64,000 bases of DNA. Origin: an uncultured bacterium. Its GTDB lineage: Bacteria; Latescibacterota; MWCZ01; CAZVGZ01. The first letter of the stretch is position 1, and each line of letters starts with the position of its first letter. The position numbers and the translations under genes are program-made. Below the pieces are notes generated by a model that was not told the origin of the DNA, made no database searches, and saw only the letters and a list, made by a program, of their open reading frames with translations. The stretch spans positions 12,788-76,787 of the forward strand of contig CAZVGZ010000010.1 of NCBI GenBank assembly GCA_964627605.1, given 5' to 3'. Positions 47,400-58,339 of the stretch are shown piece after piece.

Positions 47400-50207
47400 T
47401 TAGTGAGCATCCAACCAGTTGTTACCAACTCCGAAATCCACTTTCACCGGTACATCGAGTTCCAGAGCAGTCTCCATGTTGGTGCGGACGAGCTCGGTAA
47501 GCAGTTCCACGTCATCGGGATGAACCTCAAAGACGAGTTCATCGTGGACAGTAAGAAGCATCGAAGCGCGAAGGTCAGACGCCGCGAGATCAAGATCAAC
47601 AGCGATGAGAGCCACTTTCATCATGTCGGCGGCGGTTCCTTGAATCGGCGTGTTTATCGCCAACCGCTCTCCGGCCCGCTGGACATTTTTGTTGCGTTGG
47701 CTCAATTCTGGTATGTAGCGCCTGCGACCCAGCATTGTTGTGACGTAGCCCTCGGTTCGCGCCTGTTCGATCGCACGGTCCATATATCCCCGAACGCCTG
47801 GGTACTGGGCAAAATACTGGTCGATGATTTTCGCAGCCTTCGGTCCTGCGATGCCTAGCTGCCTGGACAGCCCGAATGCTGACTGTCCGTAGATCAAACC
47901 AAAATTGACCGTTTTGGCCTGGCGCCTTAAATCGTCGGTAACGAAGCCTGGGTCCAGATCAAAAATAGCCGACGCCGTCCGCGTATGAACATCTTCATCT
48001 TTGGTAAACGCGTCGAGCAGCCCTGGGTCGCCGGACAGGTGGGCCATGATCCGCAGCTCAATCTGCGAGTAATCCGCCGCCATCAACACCCATCCCTCTC
48101 TGGGAATAAACGCCTGACGAACGCGGCTGCCCATCTCCGTGCGGATCGGGATGTTCTGGAGATTGGGGTCGCTTGATGACAGCCGACCTGTTGACGCAAC
48201 GGCCTGGTTAAAAGAGGTGTGCACCCGACCTGTGTTCGGGTTGACCAGGAGCGGTAGAGCCTCAACGTACGTCGATAGAAGTTTTGAAAGCTGTCGATAT
48301 TCAAGCAGAAGCTGAGGCAACCGATCGCCGTGACCGCTAGCCACTAAGTCCTGTAGAACCGTCTCGTCTGTTGAGTATCCGGTCTTGGTTTTGCGTCCGT
48401 AGGGCAGCTTCAATTTCTCAAATAGTATCTGCGCTAACTGCTGTGTGGAATTGAGGTTAAACTGCTCACCGGCGTGGGTATAGATCTCTTGGGAGAGTCG
48501 TTCTATCTCCGTGGTAAGCTCCTTCGCCATCTCCTCCAGGAAAGGCGCGTCGAGAGTAATGCCATTCTGCTCCATCCGCAGAAGGCAGGTCACGAGAGGC
48601 ATCTCCATATCGTCGAAAAGTGATCTGAGTTCTGGGGAGTTGAGCTGAGGTTCAAGCACCTCAAAAATTCGAAATGTGTAGTCCGCATCTTCGCAGGCGT
48701 AGGGAACCGCCTGGGCGACACCCACCTTGTCAAATGTTATCTGCCTTTGCCCCGTGCCTATGAGCCCCTTGATCGGTATCATTTCGTGTCCAAGAAGATC
48801 CAACGCCAACCGATCCAGATTGTGCCGTCTCTCACCTGGGTCCACGAGATAGGAAGCTATCATTGTGTCGGCGGTGAATCCTTTGCATTCGAACCCAGCC
48901 CCTTCAAGAATCGTTAAATCGTACTTCACGTTTTGCCCTATTTTCACAATCTCAGGATCAGCCAACAGCGGCCCAAGATACTCGTGCACAAGCTCTAATT
49001 CTACGTTGGGGATATGAACACCCTGTTCTAAATCAAGACTCTCTATATCGCGCTGGTGAGAAATAGGTATGTATCCCGCTACCGCCTCTTCGGCACTAAG
49101 GGAGATGCCCACCAGTCGGGCTTGCATGGCGTCGAGAGATGTGGTCTCGGTGTCGATGGCGAAGCGGCCTGACAGACGCATCTGCGTGCACCATTCACCC
49201 AAAGTGTCAGCGGAGATGGCCTGGTAGTCTGTTGGAATTTCTGGTTCGCTTGAAGCCGCGTCGTCGCCTCCTGGCAACTCGTCCAGAAACCTTGCGAACT
49301 CCAATTCTTCGAACAGAGGAGCGACTTTCTCTCGTTTGATCGCAGAGAGAGTGAACCCCTCAAGGTCCAACGCCACCGGCGCATCTGTGCGTATGGTCAC
49401 TAAGTCCAGTGACAGCCTGGCTTGATCTGCGAACTCAATGAGATTCTCGCTCACAACCTTGCCTTTGACATCCGCCGCATTCTCCAGCACAGCCTCAAAG
49501 GTGCCATACTGTTGAATTAGGGTCGTCGCAGTTTTTGGACCGACTTTCGGTACACCAGGGATGTTGTCAGATGTGTCACCCATAAGCCCCAAAACCTGCG
49601 TCACCTGTTCTGGGGGAACGCCAAACTTCTCGACTACGCCCTGTCGATCAACTACTTTCCAGTCGTCGGAGGTTCTGGCAGGCGCGAGCATTGTAACGTG
49701 ATCTGTCACCAACTGCATGAAATCTTTGTCGCCAGAAACCATCACTACATCCAGTCCTGCCTCCTCTCCTTGTTTGGCGAGCGTGCCTATTACGTCATCC
49801 GCCTCAAAACCTTCCAATCTTAGAATCGGAATCTCCAACGCCTCGACTATCTGATCAATCCGCGGCAACTGACCTACCATCTCTTCAGGCATTTTTTCTC
49901 TTGTGGCCTTGTAGTCGGCGAACTGCTTGTGGCGAAATGTTGGTGCGGCGGTGTCGAATACGCACGCTAAAAGATCGGGCTGATATTCGCGGAGTAGTTT
50001 GAACAGAGCTGCGGTGAATCCGTAGGGCGCACTGGTCTCTTCGCCTTTGGAGTTGATCAGCGGGCGCTTGATAAATGCAAAATAGGCCCGGTAGGCCTGG
50101 GCGGTTCCATCGATCAAGTACAGTATCTGCCTATCGCTCATGTTACGATCCATCCGTTGGGAGTTTTGCCTAGTGAGACGGTACCGAGACGCATGGCGTG
50201 GGGTCAA
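47400..50207 (-). CDS. polA: DNA polymerase I
   Basis: 935 aa. N-terminal 5'-3' exonuclease domain, a 3'-5' exonuclease domain, and polymerase motifs (DYSQIELRIMAH, KxxNFGxxYG). Confidence 0.95.
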   Translation of the reverse strand: MTPRHASRYRLTRQNSQRMDRNMSDRQILYLIDGTAQAYRAYFAFIKRPLINSKGEETSAPYGFTAALFKLLREYQPDLLACVFDTAAPTFRHKQFADYKATREKMPEEMVGQLPRIDQIVEALEIPILRLEGFEADDVIGTLAKQGEEAGLDVVMVSGDKDFMQLVTDHVTMLAPARTSDDWKVVDRQGVVEKFGVPPEQVTQVLGLMGDTSDNIPGVPKVGPKTATTLIQQYGTFEAVLENAADVKGKVVSENLIEFADQARLSLDLVTIRTDAPVALDLEGFTLSAIKREKVAPLFEELEFARFLDELPGGDDAASSEPEIPTDYQAISADTLGEWCTQMRLSGRFAIDTETTSLDAMQARLVGISLSAEEAVAGYIPISHQRDIESLDLEQGVHIPNVELELVHEYLGPLLADPEIVKIGQNVKYDLTILEGAGFECKGFTADTMIASYLVDPGERRHNLDRLALDLLGHEMIPIKGLIGTGQRQITFDKVGVAQAVPYACEDADYTFRIFEVLEPQLNSPELRSLFDDMEMPLVTCLLRMEQNGITLDAPFLEEMAKELTTEIERLSQEIYTHAGEQFNLNSTQQLAQILFEKLKLPYGRKTKTGYSTDETVLQDLVASGHGDRLPQLLLEYRQLSKLLSTYVEALPLLVNPNTGRVHTSFNQAVASTGRLSSSDPNLQNIPIRTEMGSRVRQAFIPREGWVLMAADYSQIELRIMAHLSGDPGLLDAFTKDEDVHTRTASAIFDLDPGFVTDDLRRQAKTVNFGLIYGQSAFGLSRQLGIAGPKAAKIIDQYFAQYPGVRGYMDRAIEQARTEGYVTTMLGRRRYIPELSQRNKNVQRAGERLAINTPIQGTAADMMKVALIAVDLDLAASDLRASMLLTVHDELVFEVHPDDVELLTELVRTNMETALELDVPVKVDFGVGNNWLDAH

Positions 50208-50282
50208 TGTTGCCCGGTTGGGTATTGCTGGTCAATGTGAGTCGTTTACCGAAAAACAGAACAAAGAGTGCCTGGCAGACAG

Positions 50283-51110
50283 TCATCTTCCAGCGGATTT
50301 GGCTGCTTGATACAGGCTCAGCGCCTCGGGCATACTGTCTTGAAGATCGGCTATCCTGGTTGCTTCATGCGGGTGGGTTGAAAGTATTTCCGGGGGTTTG
50401 CCCTGACTGGCTTCTGCCATTCTCTCCCACAGCCCCACAGCCGCCCGCGGGTTGTACCCGGCGTCGGCAGCCAGCATAATCCCCAAACGGTCTGCCTCGG
50501 TCTCATGCTTGCGTGAGAACGGAAGCATGGCCCCAACACTCACCCCAACACCCAACGCACCCATGACCCCGTCCCTGCCCGCTGGCGACATGTCGCCAAG
50601 CGATTCGCCCACTATCAGCATCCCGAAATTTATGAGGCGTGCCTGGCTCATCCGCTCCGCTCCGTGGTGAGCAATTGCATGGGCAACCTCATGACCAACA
50701 ACCGCCGCCAAGCTCGCTTCATCCTGCGTTATCGGGAGAAGGCCGGTATAGACAGCCATTTTCCCGCCAGGAAGACACCAAGCGTTTGCCGTTTCGGGCT
50801 CATCGATGAGAGCAATCTGCCAATTGAACTGTTCGGCGGGATCGGGGAACAGACGTATCGCAGCCTCTGCGATTCTCTGTCCCAAACGGGCAACCATCAG
50901 CGCTTTATGACCGTCTGTGACCAGCTCAATATCACCAAGAACCTGCTCGTAAGCCTGATCTCCGAGTTGGATCTCCTGCTTCGCAGACATCATGTTGAGC
51001 TGCACCCGACCGGTGCCTGGTACTCGGGCGCATCCGCTCAAAACCAGAACGAACGCCAACGACATGCCTGCTCGCACCAAACGGTTCACTAGCTCTGTCC
51101 TGATTATCAC
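50283..51110 (-). CDS. M48 family zinc metallopeptidase, probable lipoprotein
   Basis: HEVAHAIAHH HExxH motif. N-terminal lipobox LVLSGC. 275 aa. Confidence 0.75.
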   Translation of the reverse strand: MIIRTELVNRLVRAGMSLAFVLVLSGCARVPGTGRVQLNMMSAKQEIQLGDQAYEQVLGDIELVTDGHKALMVARLGQRIAEAAIRLFPDPAEQFNWQIALIDEPETANAWCLPGGKMAVYTGLLPITQDEASLAAVVGHEVAHAIAHHGAERMSQARLINFGMLIVGESLGDMSPAGRDGVMGALGVGVSVGAMLPFSRKHETEADRLGIMLAADAGYNPRAAVGLWERMAEASQGKPPEILSTHPHEATRIADLQDSMPEALSLYQAAKSAGR

Positions 51111-52039
51111 TCGGAAAACTCGCTCGATCCAGGCAGATGAACCGGTGTATCTGCTACCGAACCATCAGCCAAACGGCAGTAGGTGTCATACCCTCGCACG
51201 CCCTGGGTCACCCGTATGATCCGACCACCCCGCTGAAAACCATCTTTCCCGTAGGCACCGTACCCTGTCCCACGCCCATAGCACAGGTCCACCCCATCCA
51301 ACGTGCCGATGTAATCGTTGATATGTTCGTGCCCAACGAAAACCGCTTGCACGCGATCGTTGGTTTTGAGCTCATCAAACAGCCCGGTGTCCTTGCCCTG
51401 CTCGCAGACGTCTTCATACTTGTATCCAGTGCATGCCTCTTGATCCCATACTGTACGGTACTGCGGCAACGGAATATGGACGAACATCAAACCGGTGACT
51501 TGCTCGCTATAATCGACCGCCAACCTGTCGGCTTCCGACGAAAACCAAGCGACCTGATCCTCCTTGATCCAATCGTATCCGGTCTGAAGCGGGCCATTGC
51601 CGGACGAACCTGAGTCAATACTCCAGATCATGGCGACTATTTTCGACCCATCGCAACTATAGACCTGGAGCACGTAGCTGCCACTGCCCCAGATGTCTTT
51701 AGGACCGGGCTCAAACAAGCAAGAAAAACTGGTGGCCAACACGGCGTCGATATCGTCTTTTGGATAGCATTCCGGGTCGTGGTTGCCATAGACGAACGTC
51801 CAAGGCACGCCAGTATTGTCAAAATAGTCAACCACCCGCCGCCAGTGCCCGTCAACATTCTCACGGGTGTGTACAATGTCTCCGGTAAGAATTACGAAAT
51901 CCGGCTCGTCAGCCGTCAGAACAGTATCACAGGCGGCGTAGGTGTTGGCGTCGGCCTCCTCCTCGCCTTTGATATGCATGTCGGTGAACTGTGCGATGAT
52001 GAAAGTGCCATCTTCTCGGCACCTGAGGTTCTCGTGCAT
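51107..52039 (-). CDS. Calcineurin-like metallophosphoesterase
   Basis: Motifs GDIVH, GNHD, FVHIPL and VGHEHIND. Overlaps the M48 gene by 4 nt. Confidence 0.8.
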   Translation of the reverse strand: MHENLRCREDGTFIIAQFTDMHIKGEEEADANTYAACDTVLTADEPDFVILTGDIVHTRENVDGHWRRVVDYFDNTGVPWTFVYGNHDPECYPKDDIDAVLATSFSCLFEPGPKDIWGSGSYVLQVYSCDGSKIVAMIWSIDSGSSGNGPLQTGYDWIKEDQVAWFSSEADRLAVDYSEQVTGLMFVHIPLPQYRTVWDQEACTGYKYEDVCEQGKDTGLFDELKTNDRVQAVFVGHEHINDYIGTLDGVDLCYGRGTGYGAYGKDGFQRGGRIIRVTQGVRGYDTYCRLADGSVADTPVHLPGSSEFSE

Positions 52040-52064
52040 ATATGCTCCGTAACGTATAGTTAGC

Positions 52065-53108
52065 TTACGATGACTGGTCTACGCCAATAGTTTCGAGCCA
52101 GAGTGGCCTCATCGCCTCCCAACAATACTGATCTAACGAGGCCTGCGCTTTGGTTGCATGGTCACGCGCTATTTCTGGATTATCGAGCAGAAACAGAACC
52201 TCTCTCGCCAAAGCTTCGTGGTCGCCCATCGGCACCAGTCTACCACTTCGGCCGTGCTCTATCATATAGGGAATGCCTCCAGCGTCAGTGCTCACCACGG
52301 GGACACCGAACAGAAACGCCTCCAGCAACGCCCCTGGCATGTTGTCAACATCTGATGAGTTGACGCAGATATCTGCGGACCGATACAGGTCGTGCATCTG
52401 AGCACGATTTTGCCATCCCAAGAATTCGATATTGGGTACCGCCAAATCGCTTACCAGCTTACGAAGCGGTTTTTCGCGGTTGCCCCTTCCAGCTAGGAGC
52501 AGTTTCGCATTCGGTCTGTTTTTTTGTACTTCTTGAAACGCCCGTAGGGTACAACCGACATTGTAGTAGGATCCCAGCCCGCGCGTCATCACCAGACGTG
52601 GCGAATCAGGATCGGGCGTTTTTGGCTCTTCTTGGGGTACATCTGCCTCAAAAAGGTCCGGCACGAGCTTCGTGGCTACACCAAACCTCTCGAACACATC
52701 CCTGAGAAATCCAGATTGTACGGTAACTACATCGGCCATCCTGAGCCACCTAAGCCCAGCCTCTCCGGTGCGTTCGAACACCTCCAGCGCTGAACCGCCT
52801 TTGTAGGTGACGATGACCCTCTTACCGGCGCGCTTTGCCCACCAGATTATCGGTGCCGACATCGTGAAATAGCTGGTGTAGCAGCAGGTCTGGACATTGA
52901 CTACGTCTACCGCATCTTTCACGGCCAGCCAGCGTTTCCACATCGCCAGATCGCGGGCGACAACGATATTTCGGTTGAGGTTGGTAGGGACCCGATGAAC
53001 GTCGATGCCGTCTTGTTCTAGATACCTCGCCAGGATCTCCGCCTGGTGGGCCATCCCTCCCAAAGGTGGGGGGAACGGGCCCACCATCGCCATCTGCATC
53101 ATCGCCAT
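52065..53108 (-). CDS. Glycosyltransferase family 4 (GT4, retaining GT-B)
   Basis: C-terminal EAFLFGVPVVSTDAGGIPYMIEHGRSG motif typical of GT4. 347 aa. Confidence 0.8.
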   Translation of the reverse strand: MAMMQMAMVGPFPPPLGGMAHQAEILARYLEQDGIDVHRVPTNLNRNIVVARDLAMWKRWLAVKDAVDVVNVQTCCYTSYFTMSAPIIWWAKRAGKRVIVTYKGGSALEVFERTGEAGLRWLRMADVVTVQSGFLRDVFERFGVATKLVPDLFEADVPQEEPKTPDPDSPRLVMTRGLGSYYNVGCTLRAFQEVQKNRPNAKLLLAGRGNREKPLRKLVSDLAVPNIEFLGWQNRAQMHDLYRSADICVNSSDVDNMPGALLEAFLFGVPVVSTDAGGIPYMIEHGRSGRLVPMGDHEALAREVLFLLDNPEIARDHATKAQASLDQYCWEAMRPLWLETIGVDQSS

Positions 53109-53888
53109 CTATTTCGAGCCGGTTGCATCCAGTTGATCCAGGTCGCCACTTGAGTTCCGAAGGGCCGCCAGAATGCCACCAAAATCGCCTCCCCACGGAA
53201 TCATGGACGCACCCAATTCACGTCGGTGAGTCAAATCTTCAATGGTCCCGGCGGTGATACCCCACCGTTTTCCGTGTTTTGCCGCCGCAGCCCGTACTGT
53301 TTCAATCGCGTCGTCCAGTGTCGCGCCTGTTTCAGAATGCTCAAGCCTCAAACTCAGGTCCGCTGGCCCGACAAACAGCAGATCCACACCGTCAATGGCA
53401 GCGATAGCTTCAGCGTTTTCTACCGCTTCAGGTGTCTCGATCTGGCAGACCAGGAACGTCTCCTTATTGGCATCGGCAACGAATGTTTCCGGGTCGTCGA
53501 AAGTAAACCCTACATCAAACCCCGCGCCGTCGAGACCTCTGTCGCCAACAGGTGGGAACTTCATCGAATCGACGATCATCTGCGCCTTCTCCGGCGTCGA
53601 ACAGTGCGGGATCATAAACCCGCTCGCGCCGTCTTCCAAATAGCGGTATAATCGGGTCTTTTCGAGCGTCGGGGTGCGGATCATTATGTCCACATCCACC
53701 GCATGAGCGTATGCCAACAGCATCTGGACTTCACGGTCGGACATAGCCCTGTGTTCCAGATCCAGCCAAATTCCGTCATAGCCAAATTGTTGGGCCATTT
53801 TTACAAACGCCGGTATCACATGCCCCAAACTCGCCATGCGGGCGAACTGACCAGAACGTAGCTTGGTGGCAACTTTGCTTTTGCGCAT
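53109..53888 (-). CDS. HpcH/HpaI aldolase / citrate-lyase-beta family protein
   Basis: TIM-barrel aldolase family pattern (GYDGIWLDLEH...QIETPEAVENAEAIAAIDGVDLLFVGPADL). The stop abuts the GT4 start. Confidence 0.75.
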   Translation of the reverse strand: MRKSKVATKLRSGQFARMASLGHVIPAFVKMAQQFGYDGIWLDLEHRAMSDREVQMLLAYAHAVDVDIMIRTPTLEKTRLYRYLEDGASGFMIPHCSTPEKAQMIVDSMKFPPVGDRGLDGAGFDVGFTFDDPETFVADANKETFLVCQIETPEAVENAEAIAAIDGVDLLFVGPADLSLRLEHSETGATLDDAIETVRAAAAKHGKRWGITAGTIEDLTHRRELGASMIPWGGDFGGILAALRNSSGDLDQLDATGSK

Positions 53889-53936
53889 TGGCGGTTTCCG
53901 AATCCGGTTAGAACTCTCAGGTGGGTCGATAGATTT

Positions 53937-54869
53937 TCAACTGACGTTCCTGTTGCGGGCAATATATTGCCTCAAGTACTGAGCGCTTTGGCGAAGAGCA
54001 AGCACGCGCCTCTCCAAGGTTCCTTCGTATGCCCGGTCCTCAACTTCAACCACGACAGGCCCATCATAGCCAACATCGTTCAACCCAGCAATAAACCGCC
54101 CCCAATCGACATCACCCAACCCAGGCAGTTTGGGGGTGTGGTGGCTGTTGGGCTCTGCGAGTATCCCGACATCGTCCAGTCGGTCGTGATCGATCCTGAC
54201 GTCTTTGGCGTGCACATGAAAAATCCGCCCTGAAAACTCCTTGAGCGGTCGAATGTAGTCGATACGTTGCCACACAAGGTGGGACGGATCGTAGTTGAGT
54301 CCAAAATTTGGGCTGGGAATCTCGTCAAACATCCGCCTCCAGATAGCCGGAGAGTGTGCCAGATTGTTGCCGCCGGGCCACTCATCACCCGTGAAAAACA
54401 TCGGGCAGTTCTCTATGCCCACTCTCACCCCGCGCTCCTCAGCATAGCCGATCAACGATCGCCAAACCTGAAGGAATTTTGGCCAGTTCTGGTCGACGGT
54501 GAGTGTTCGGTCACGGCCAACGAACGTGTTGACTGTATCGACCCCAAGGTGGGCGGCGGCGTCGATCACCTTTTTTAGATGATCCACCGACACTGTCGCT
54601 TCGGTTTCGTCTGCCGCAAGAGGGTTGGGATAGTAGCCAAGCCCGCTGATTTCGGTTCCGGCAGCCTCCATGACGCCGTTGACTTTTCTGGCGTCCGCCT
54701 CGTTGAAACTGGTCGTGTCAATATGAGCGACGCCTGCGTAGCGCCGGTCCGCTTCACCTGGCGGCCAACACATCAGCTCGACGCTGTCGTACCCCTCCTC
54801 AGCGGCGCAAGCGACCACCTGCTCCAAATTCAGATCGGGCAGAATCGCACTGACAAACCCCAATGTCAT
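53937..54869 (-). CDS. Sugar phosphate isomerase/epimerase (xylose-isomerase-like TIM barrel)
   Basis: AP_endonuc_2-type TIM-barrel pattern with the conserved VHAKD and E-rich metal site. 310 aa. Confidence 0.75.
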   Translation of the reverse strand: MTLGFVSAILPDLNLEQVVACAAEEGYDSVELMCWPPGEADRRYAGVAHIDTTSFNEADARKVNGVMEAAGTEISGLGYYPNPLAADETEATVSVDHLKKVIDAAAHLGVDTVNTFVGRDRTLTVDQNWPKFLQVWRSLIGYAEERGVRVGIENCPMFFTGDEWPGGNNLAHSPAIWRRMFDEIPSPNFGLNYDPSHLVWQRIDYIRPLKEFSGRIFHVHAKDVRIDHDRLDDVGILAEPNSHHTPKLPGLGDVDWGRFIAGLNDVGYDGPVVVEVEDRAYEGTLERRVLALRQSAQYLRQYIARNRNVS

Positions 54870-54884
54870 CAGCCCACCTCCACG

Positions 54885-55622
54885 TCAGCGGCTGTCACGG
54901 ATCCAGCGACCAACTTTGACCACCGAATCTGTCCATATCCGTTTGCGGTTGGCAACCAGGTACTCTAGTAGCTCCCTAAGCGCTCCGATCCCCACTCCGA
55001 GACCACCAGGCCCGACATTGTGGAAAGTCAGCACAACCCATCTGCCCTGACCGGCTGCGACCTCGGCCCATTCAACTAGTTGGCCCGCAGACGGTTGCGA
55101 TGGCATGTAGGACCAGATCGCCGCCAAGTCTGTGCTGAGCGGATCGTTGGGGAAATCGCCGATCCCTCGGCCTATGTTGTAATGTTTGGCAACCACAGGA
55201 ACATAGCTGGTCCGCTCGCCGCCAACACCGACATGCGTCTCGCCGCACGGGTAGGCAAAAGAGTGCTCTGTTTGGTCCGGCAACCCCTCTTCAATCCGCC
55301 TCTTAGCGCTGACGATCTCACTACTGATGTCGTCAAGGCTCATCTCGTCAAGGCATGGACGGCTGAACCCAAAATTCGCCGAACAGGGGTGGGTCATGCT
55401 GTGATTACCGATCTCATGCCCGGCCCGAACCGCCTCGCGCCACGCGGATGCGGCCCGATCAAATGGGCCACCTTCGTTCATGGGCACATAGAACGTAGCA
55501 GGGAGATCATACTCGGCCAGGATCGGTATCGCCAGATCAACATTCGATTCGCCGCCGTCGTCGAACGAAATAGACAACGCACCGAGCGCCTGATCGGACC
55601 ATTTGAAAGAGATATCACTCAC
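54885..55622 (-). CDS. Polysaccharide deacetylase (CE4 / NodB homology domain)
   Basis: SFDDGGESN N-terminal motif and the HSMTHP His motif. 245 aa. Confidence 0.8.
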   Translation of the reverse strand: MSDISFKWSDQALGALSISFDDGGESNVDLAIPILAEYDLPATFYVPMNEGGPFDRAASAWREAVRAGHEIGNHSMTHPCSANFGFSRPCLDEMSLDDISSEIVSAKRRIEEGLPDQTEHSFAYPCGETHVGVGGERTSYVPVVAKHYNIGRGIGDFPNDPLSTDLAAIWSYMPSQPSAGQLVEWAEVAAGQGRWVVLTFHNVGPGGLGVGIGALRELLEYLVANRKRIWTDSVVKVGRWIRDSR

Positions 55623-55691
55623 AAAGCCACTCCAGCTCTCGTAGCGGTCGCGTCACACTATAATCACAGAACAAAAACAGGACTTTGGGTT

Positions 55692-56558
55692 CTATCCGAG
55701 CGCTACATCCAGCGTCATCATCACCGTGAACCCCAACATCGCACCAATCGTCGCGACATCGGTGTTTTTTTCCAACTGGGATTCTGGGATCAACTCCTCC
55801 ACCACGACAAAGATCATGGCCCCTGCTGCGAATGCCAACGCGTAGGGTAGGATAGGCCGCATCAGCAAGACAGCAGCGGCTCCCAATACGCCAGCTATCG
55901 GCTCGACCATACCAGAGGCCTGACCGTACCCAAAACTTTTCAGCCGCGACATGCCTTCCCGTCGCAGTGGAACCGATACAGCAGCTCCTTCGGGAAAATT
56001 CTGTATCCCGATCCCCAACGCCAAGGCGATTGCCCCTGCCAAAGTCGCCGACGGTAGCCCAGCTGCTACAGCGCCAAAAGCAACTCCGACAGCCAACCCT
56101 TCAGGGATGTTGTGGAGCGTGATGGCCAGTACCAGCAGAACACTCCTGTGCCAACTCGTTTTTGGGCCTTCGGCATCCTCGGTGGCAAACCCCAAATGGA
56201 GGTGGGGAATCAGTTTATCCACCCCCCACAGAAACGCCCCACCTGCCATGAACCCCACCGCGGCGGGAACCCAAGCAGGCAGACTTGATCCCTCAGACAT
56301 CTCTATCGCAGGTGCCAACAGCGACCAGAAACTTGCGGCGATCATGACGCCAGCCGCAAATCCGAGCATGGCGTCGAGCACCTTGCGGTTTATGCTTTTG
56401 AAAAAGAAAACAGCGCTGGCACCCAACGCTGTGATGAGCCATGTAAACAGTGTCGCCACCAACGCCTGAACCACCGGATGTAGCTCCACAAACCAATCTA
56501 TTAGCACAGGAGTATCCTCCGCTGTTGGTGTGGCAATCGGCCTCTCCGCCGTTCCCAC
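55692..56558 (-). CDS. ZIP family metal cation transporter (ZupT-like)
   Basis: [10 protein letters not shown] and [10 protein letters not shown] signature helices. 8 TM helices. Confidence 0.85.
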   Translation of the reverse strand: MGTAERPIATPTAEDTPVLIDWFVELHPVVQALVATLFTWLITALGASAVFFFKSINRKVLDAMLGFAAGVMIAASFWSLLAPAIEMSEGSSLPAWVPAAVGFMAGGAFLWGVDKLIPHLHLGFATEDAEGPKTSWHRSVLLVLAITLHNIPEGLAVGVAFGAVAAGLPSATLAGAIALALGIGIQNFPEGAAVSVPLRREGMSRLKSFGYGQASGMVEPIAGVLGAAAVLLMRPILPYALAFAAGAMIFVVVEELIPESQLEKNTDVATIGAMLGFTVMMTLDVALG

Positions 56559-56587
56559 GCATCCAACGTTATTGGACTAGACCAAAC

Positions 56588-57070
56588 CTACTTTTGCCCC
56601 TCCGGTACCACAACATTGTGAAGAGACAGGCTGGTTACCTGGGCGACAATGGGCTCGATCGTTTCGAGTTTGTATGATTTGGCGTAGTAGATAGTATGAA
56701 TACCGACGTTTATAAGCACTTTGAGGCAGTTGATGCACGGCGAGGCGGTAATATATACATCTGCCCCATCAATCGCGCTTCCGTTTCTTGCAGCTTGGGC
56801 GATTGAGTTAATCTCTGCGTGAATTGTCCTTACGCAGTTCTCCACCACTTCGCCCTCAGGGGTAGTTGAGGTGTATATCTCGCAACCGACCTCTGTGCAG
56901 TGGGGAAGACCCGACGGCGAGCCGTTGTAGCCGGTAGCCAGGATGTTGCGATCGCGAACGATCACCGCCCCGATGTGGGCTCTAAGGCAAGTTGATCGCT
57001 CAGAGACTATGTGAGCGACTTTCATAAAATACTGATCCCAAGTCAAACGACCGGTGGGTTGCTCCGCCAT
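56588..57070 (-). CDS. dCMP deaminase / CMP-dCMP-type zinc deaminase
   Basis: HAEINSI ... PCINC zinc-binding motifs. Start at internal Met MAEQPTG. Confidence 0.8.
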   Translation of the reverse strand: MAEQPTGRLTWDQYFMKVAHIVSERSTCLRAHIGAVIVRDRNILATGYNGSPSGLPHCTEVGCEIYTSTTPEGEVVENCVRTIHAEINSIAQAARNGSAIDGADVYITASPCINCLKVLINVGIHTIYYAKSYKLETIEPIVAQVTSLSLHNVVVPEGQK

Positions 57071-57147
57071 GCGCTCATCACCTCTATCTGTTGTCTGATG
57101 TCTGTGAATTTCGCCGTATCGGGCTATCGGTGTGACCACCATCGACT

Positions 57148-58230
57148 TTAGATGGGATAGGCCCTAACCCATTGACAGACTTCTCTGATCGTCTCGGGCG
57201 TCGCGACGGGAGGCATAACCCCGGCGGACGTGACTACAATTCCTCGATGGTGATCCAGTGCGTTCAGGTCTCGCTCAATCTCGCCGATGATCTCATCAGC
57301 CGAATCCGTCCACAGAGCGGCATTCGTCCCGCCAATAAAGCAGATATCTTTGCACTCCGACCGCCCGTCATAGAACGAGGTGTTGCCCACAGGAGACGAT
57401 GTATATGCCTCAAAAGCTTTGGCCTTGAGTTGAGCCAAATCAGGCAGGATCGCCTTTAAGCGTCCGCACATGTGAAGGACCAGGTGCCTATCGGCTTCAA
57501 AACAGATATTGGCATATTCGGTAAGATGATGAAAGCAGTATTTGCGGTACTGTGCAGGCGATATAAGCGTGGTCGAAGTGTTCTCGCTCAGATAGAAAAG
57601 GTCCGCAAGGCTGTGCTCCACCATGATTTTCGTCGTTTCCAGCAGCACACGATGAATCGCATCGAACAGCTCCTCCACTTCTGAAGGGTGATCGTTCAGC
57701 AGCAGATGCGCATTCTTGACCCCTGCGAGCCACTCGATCCACTACATCAAGGGCGACTCACCGATCCCGTTGGCGGTAACAGCGTCCTGCCCAATCTCAT
57801 CGGCCTTCTGCCTGCCCTTTGCCAGCGATTCGGTATCCAGCTCAACCGACGTATCGTCATAGATTTCGGTCAACATCTTTATGTCTTCGACACTGTTTGC
57901 CGGAAACCTCAGCGGATGCCACGACATCGACTCCGCATCATACCTCTCATACAACTCACTCGACCTGTGGGCAGAGGTGTAAACCGTCGTCCGTTCACCT
58001 TTTGCTGTCGCCGTCTCCATTGAGGTGTTTTTCCGCACATGCTTGGTACACCCCGGTATCCCCACATGTTTGTCGCTGCCTATCCAGTCGTGCATCGCGT
58101 CTATTTCCATCTCGCGAAATCGACCGGTCTGCGCAGCCCTGTAGGGGGGGGGCTATTTTGGGCCAAAACGGTAGACGATCCACCGGCTGCATCCTGACGG
58201 CTGCAAGCCATCTCTCTCTTGAAGTCATCG
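57148..58230 (-). pseudogene. URO-D-like family protein disrupted by at least two frameshifts
   Basis: N-terminus MTSRERWLAAVRMQPVDRLPFWPKI in the 57995..58246 frame. Middle part in the 57742..58110 frame. C-terminus (HMCGRLKAILPDLAQL...GGTNAALW...) in the 57148..57678 frame. A G9 homopolymer lies at 58144-58152 within the locus. Confidence 0.6.
58144..58152. repeat. G9 homopolymer tract inside the URO-D-like pseudogene
   Basis: ggggggggg read directly from the sequence. Encodes PP in the upstream frame. Confidence 0.9.
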
Positions 58231-58339
58231 CATCTGCTATGGCCACGACTAACCTCCCAAGCGGTCAGATTGTGTTGGCTAATACTCAAATCGGTTTGGC
58301 GACAGCCTACGCTGTGAAACTTGCTCAGTCGGCTTTGTT

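Noticed and set aside
58144-58152. G9 homopolymer as the cause of the URO-D-like pseudogene frameshift, or as a phase-variation switch
   Set aside because: Translation shows the upstream frame still reads URO-D-like sequence through the tract (…KIAPPLQGC…). The frameshift maps about 30-40 nt further downstream (near 58115), so the tract is noted but not implicated.
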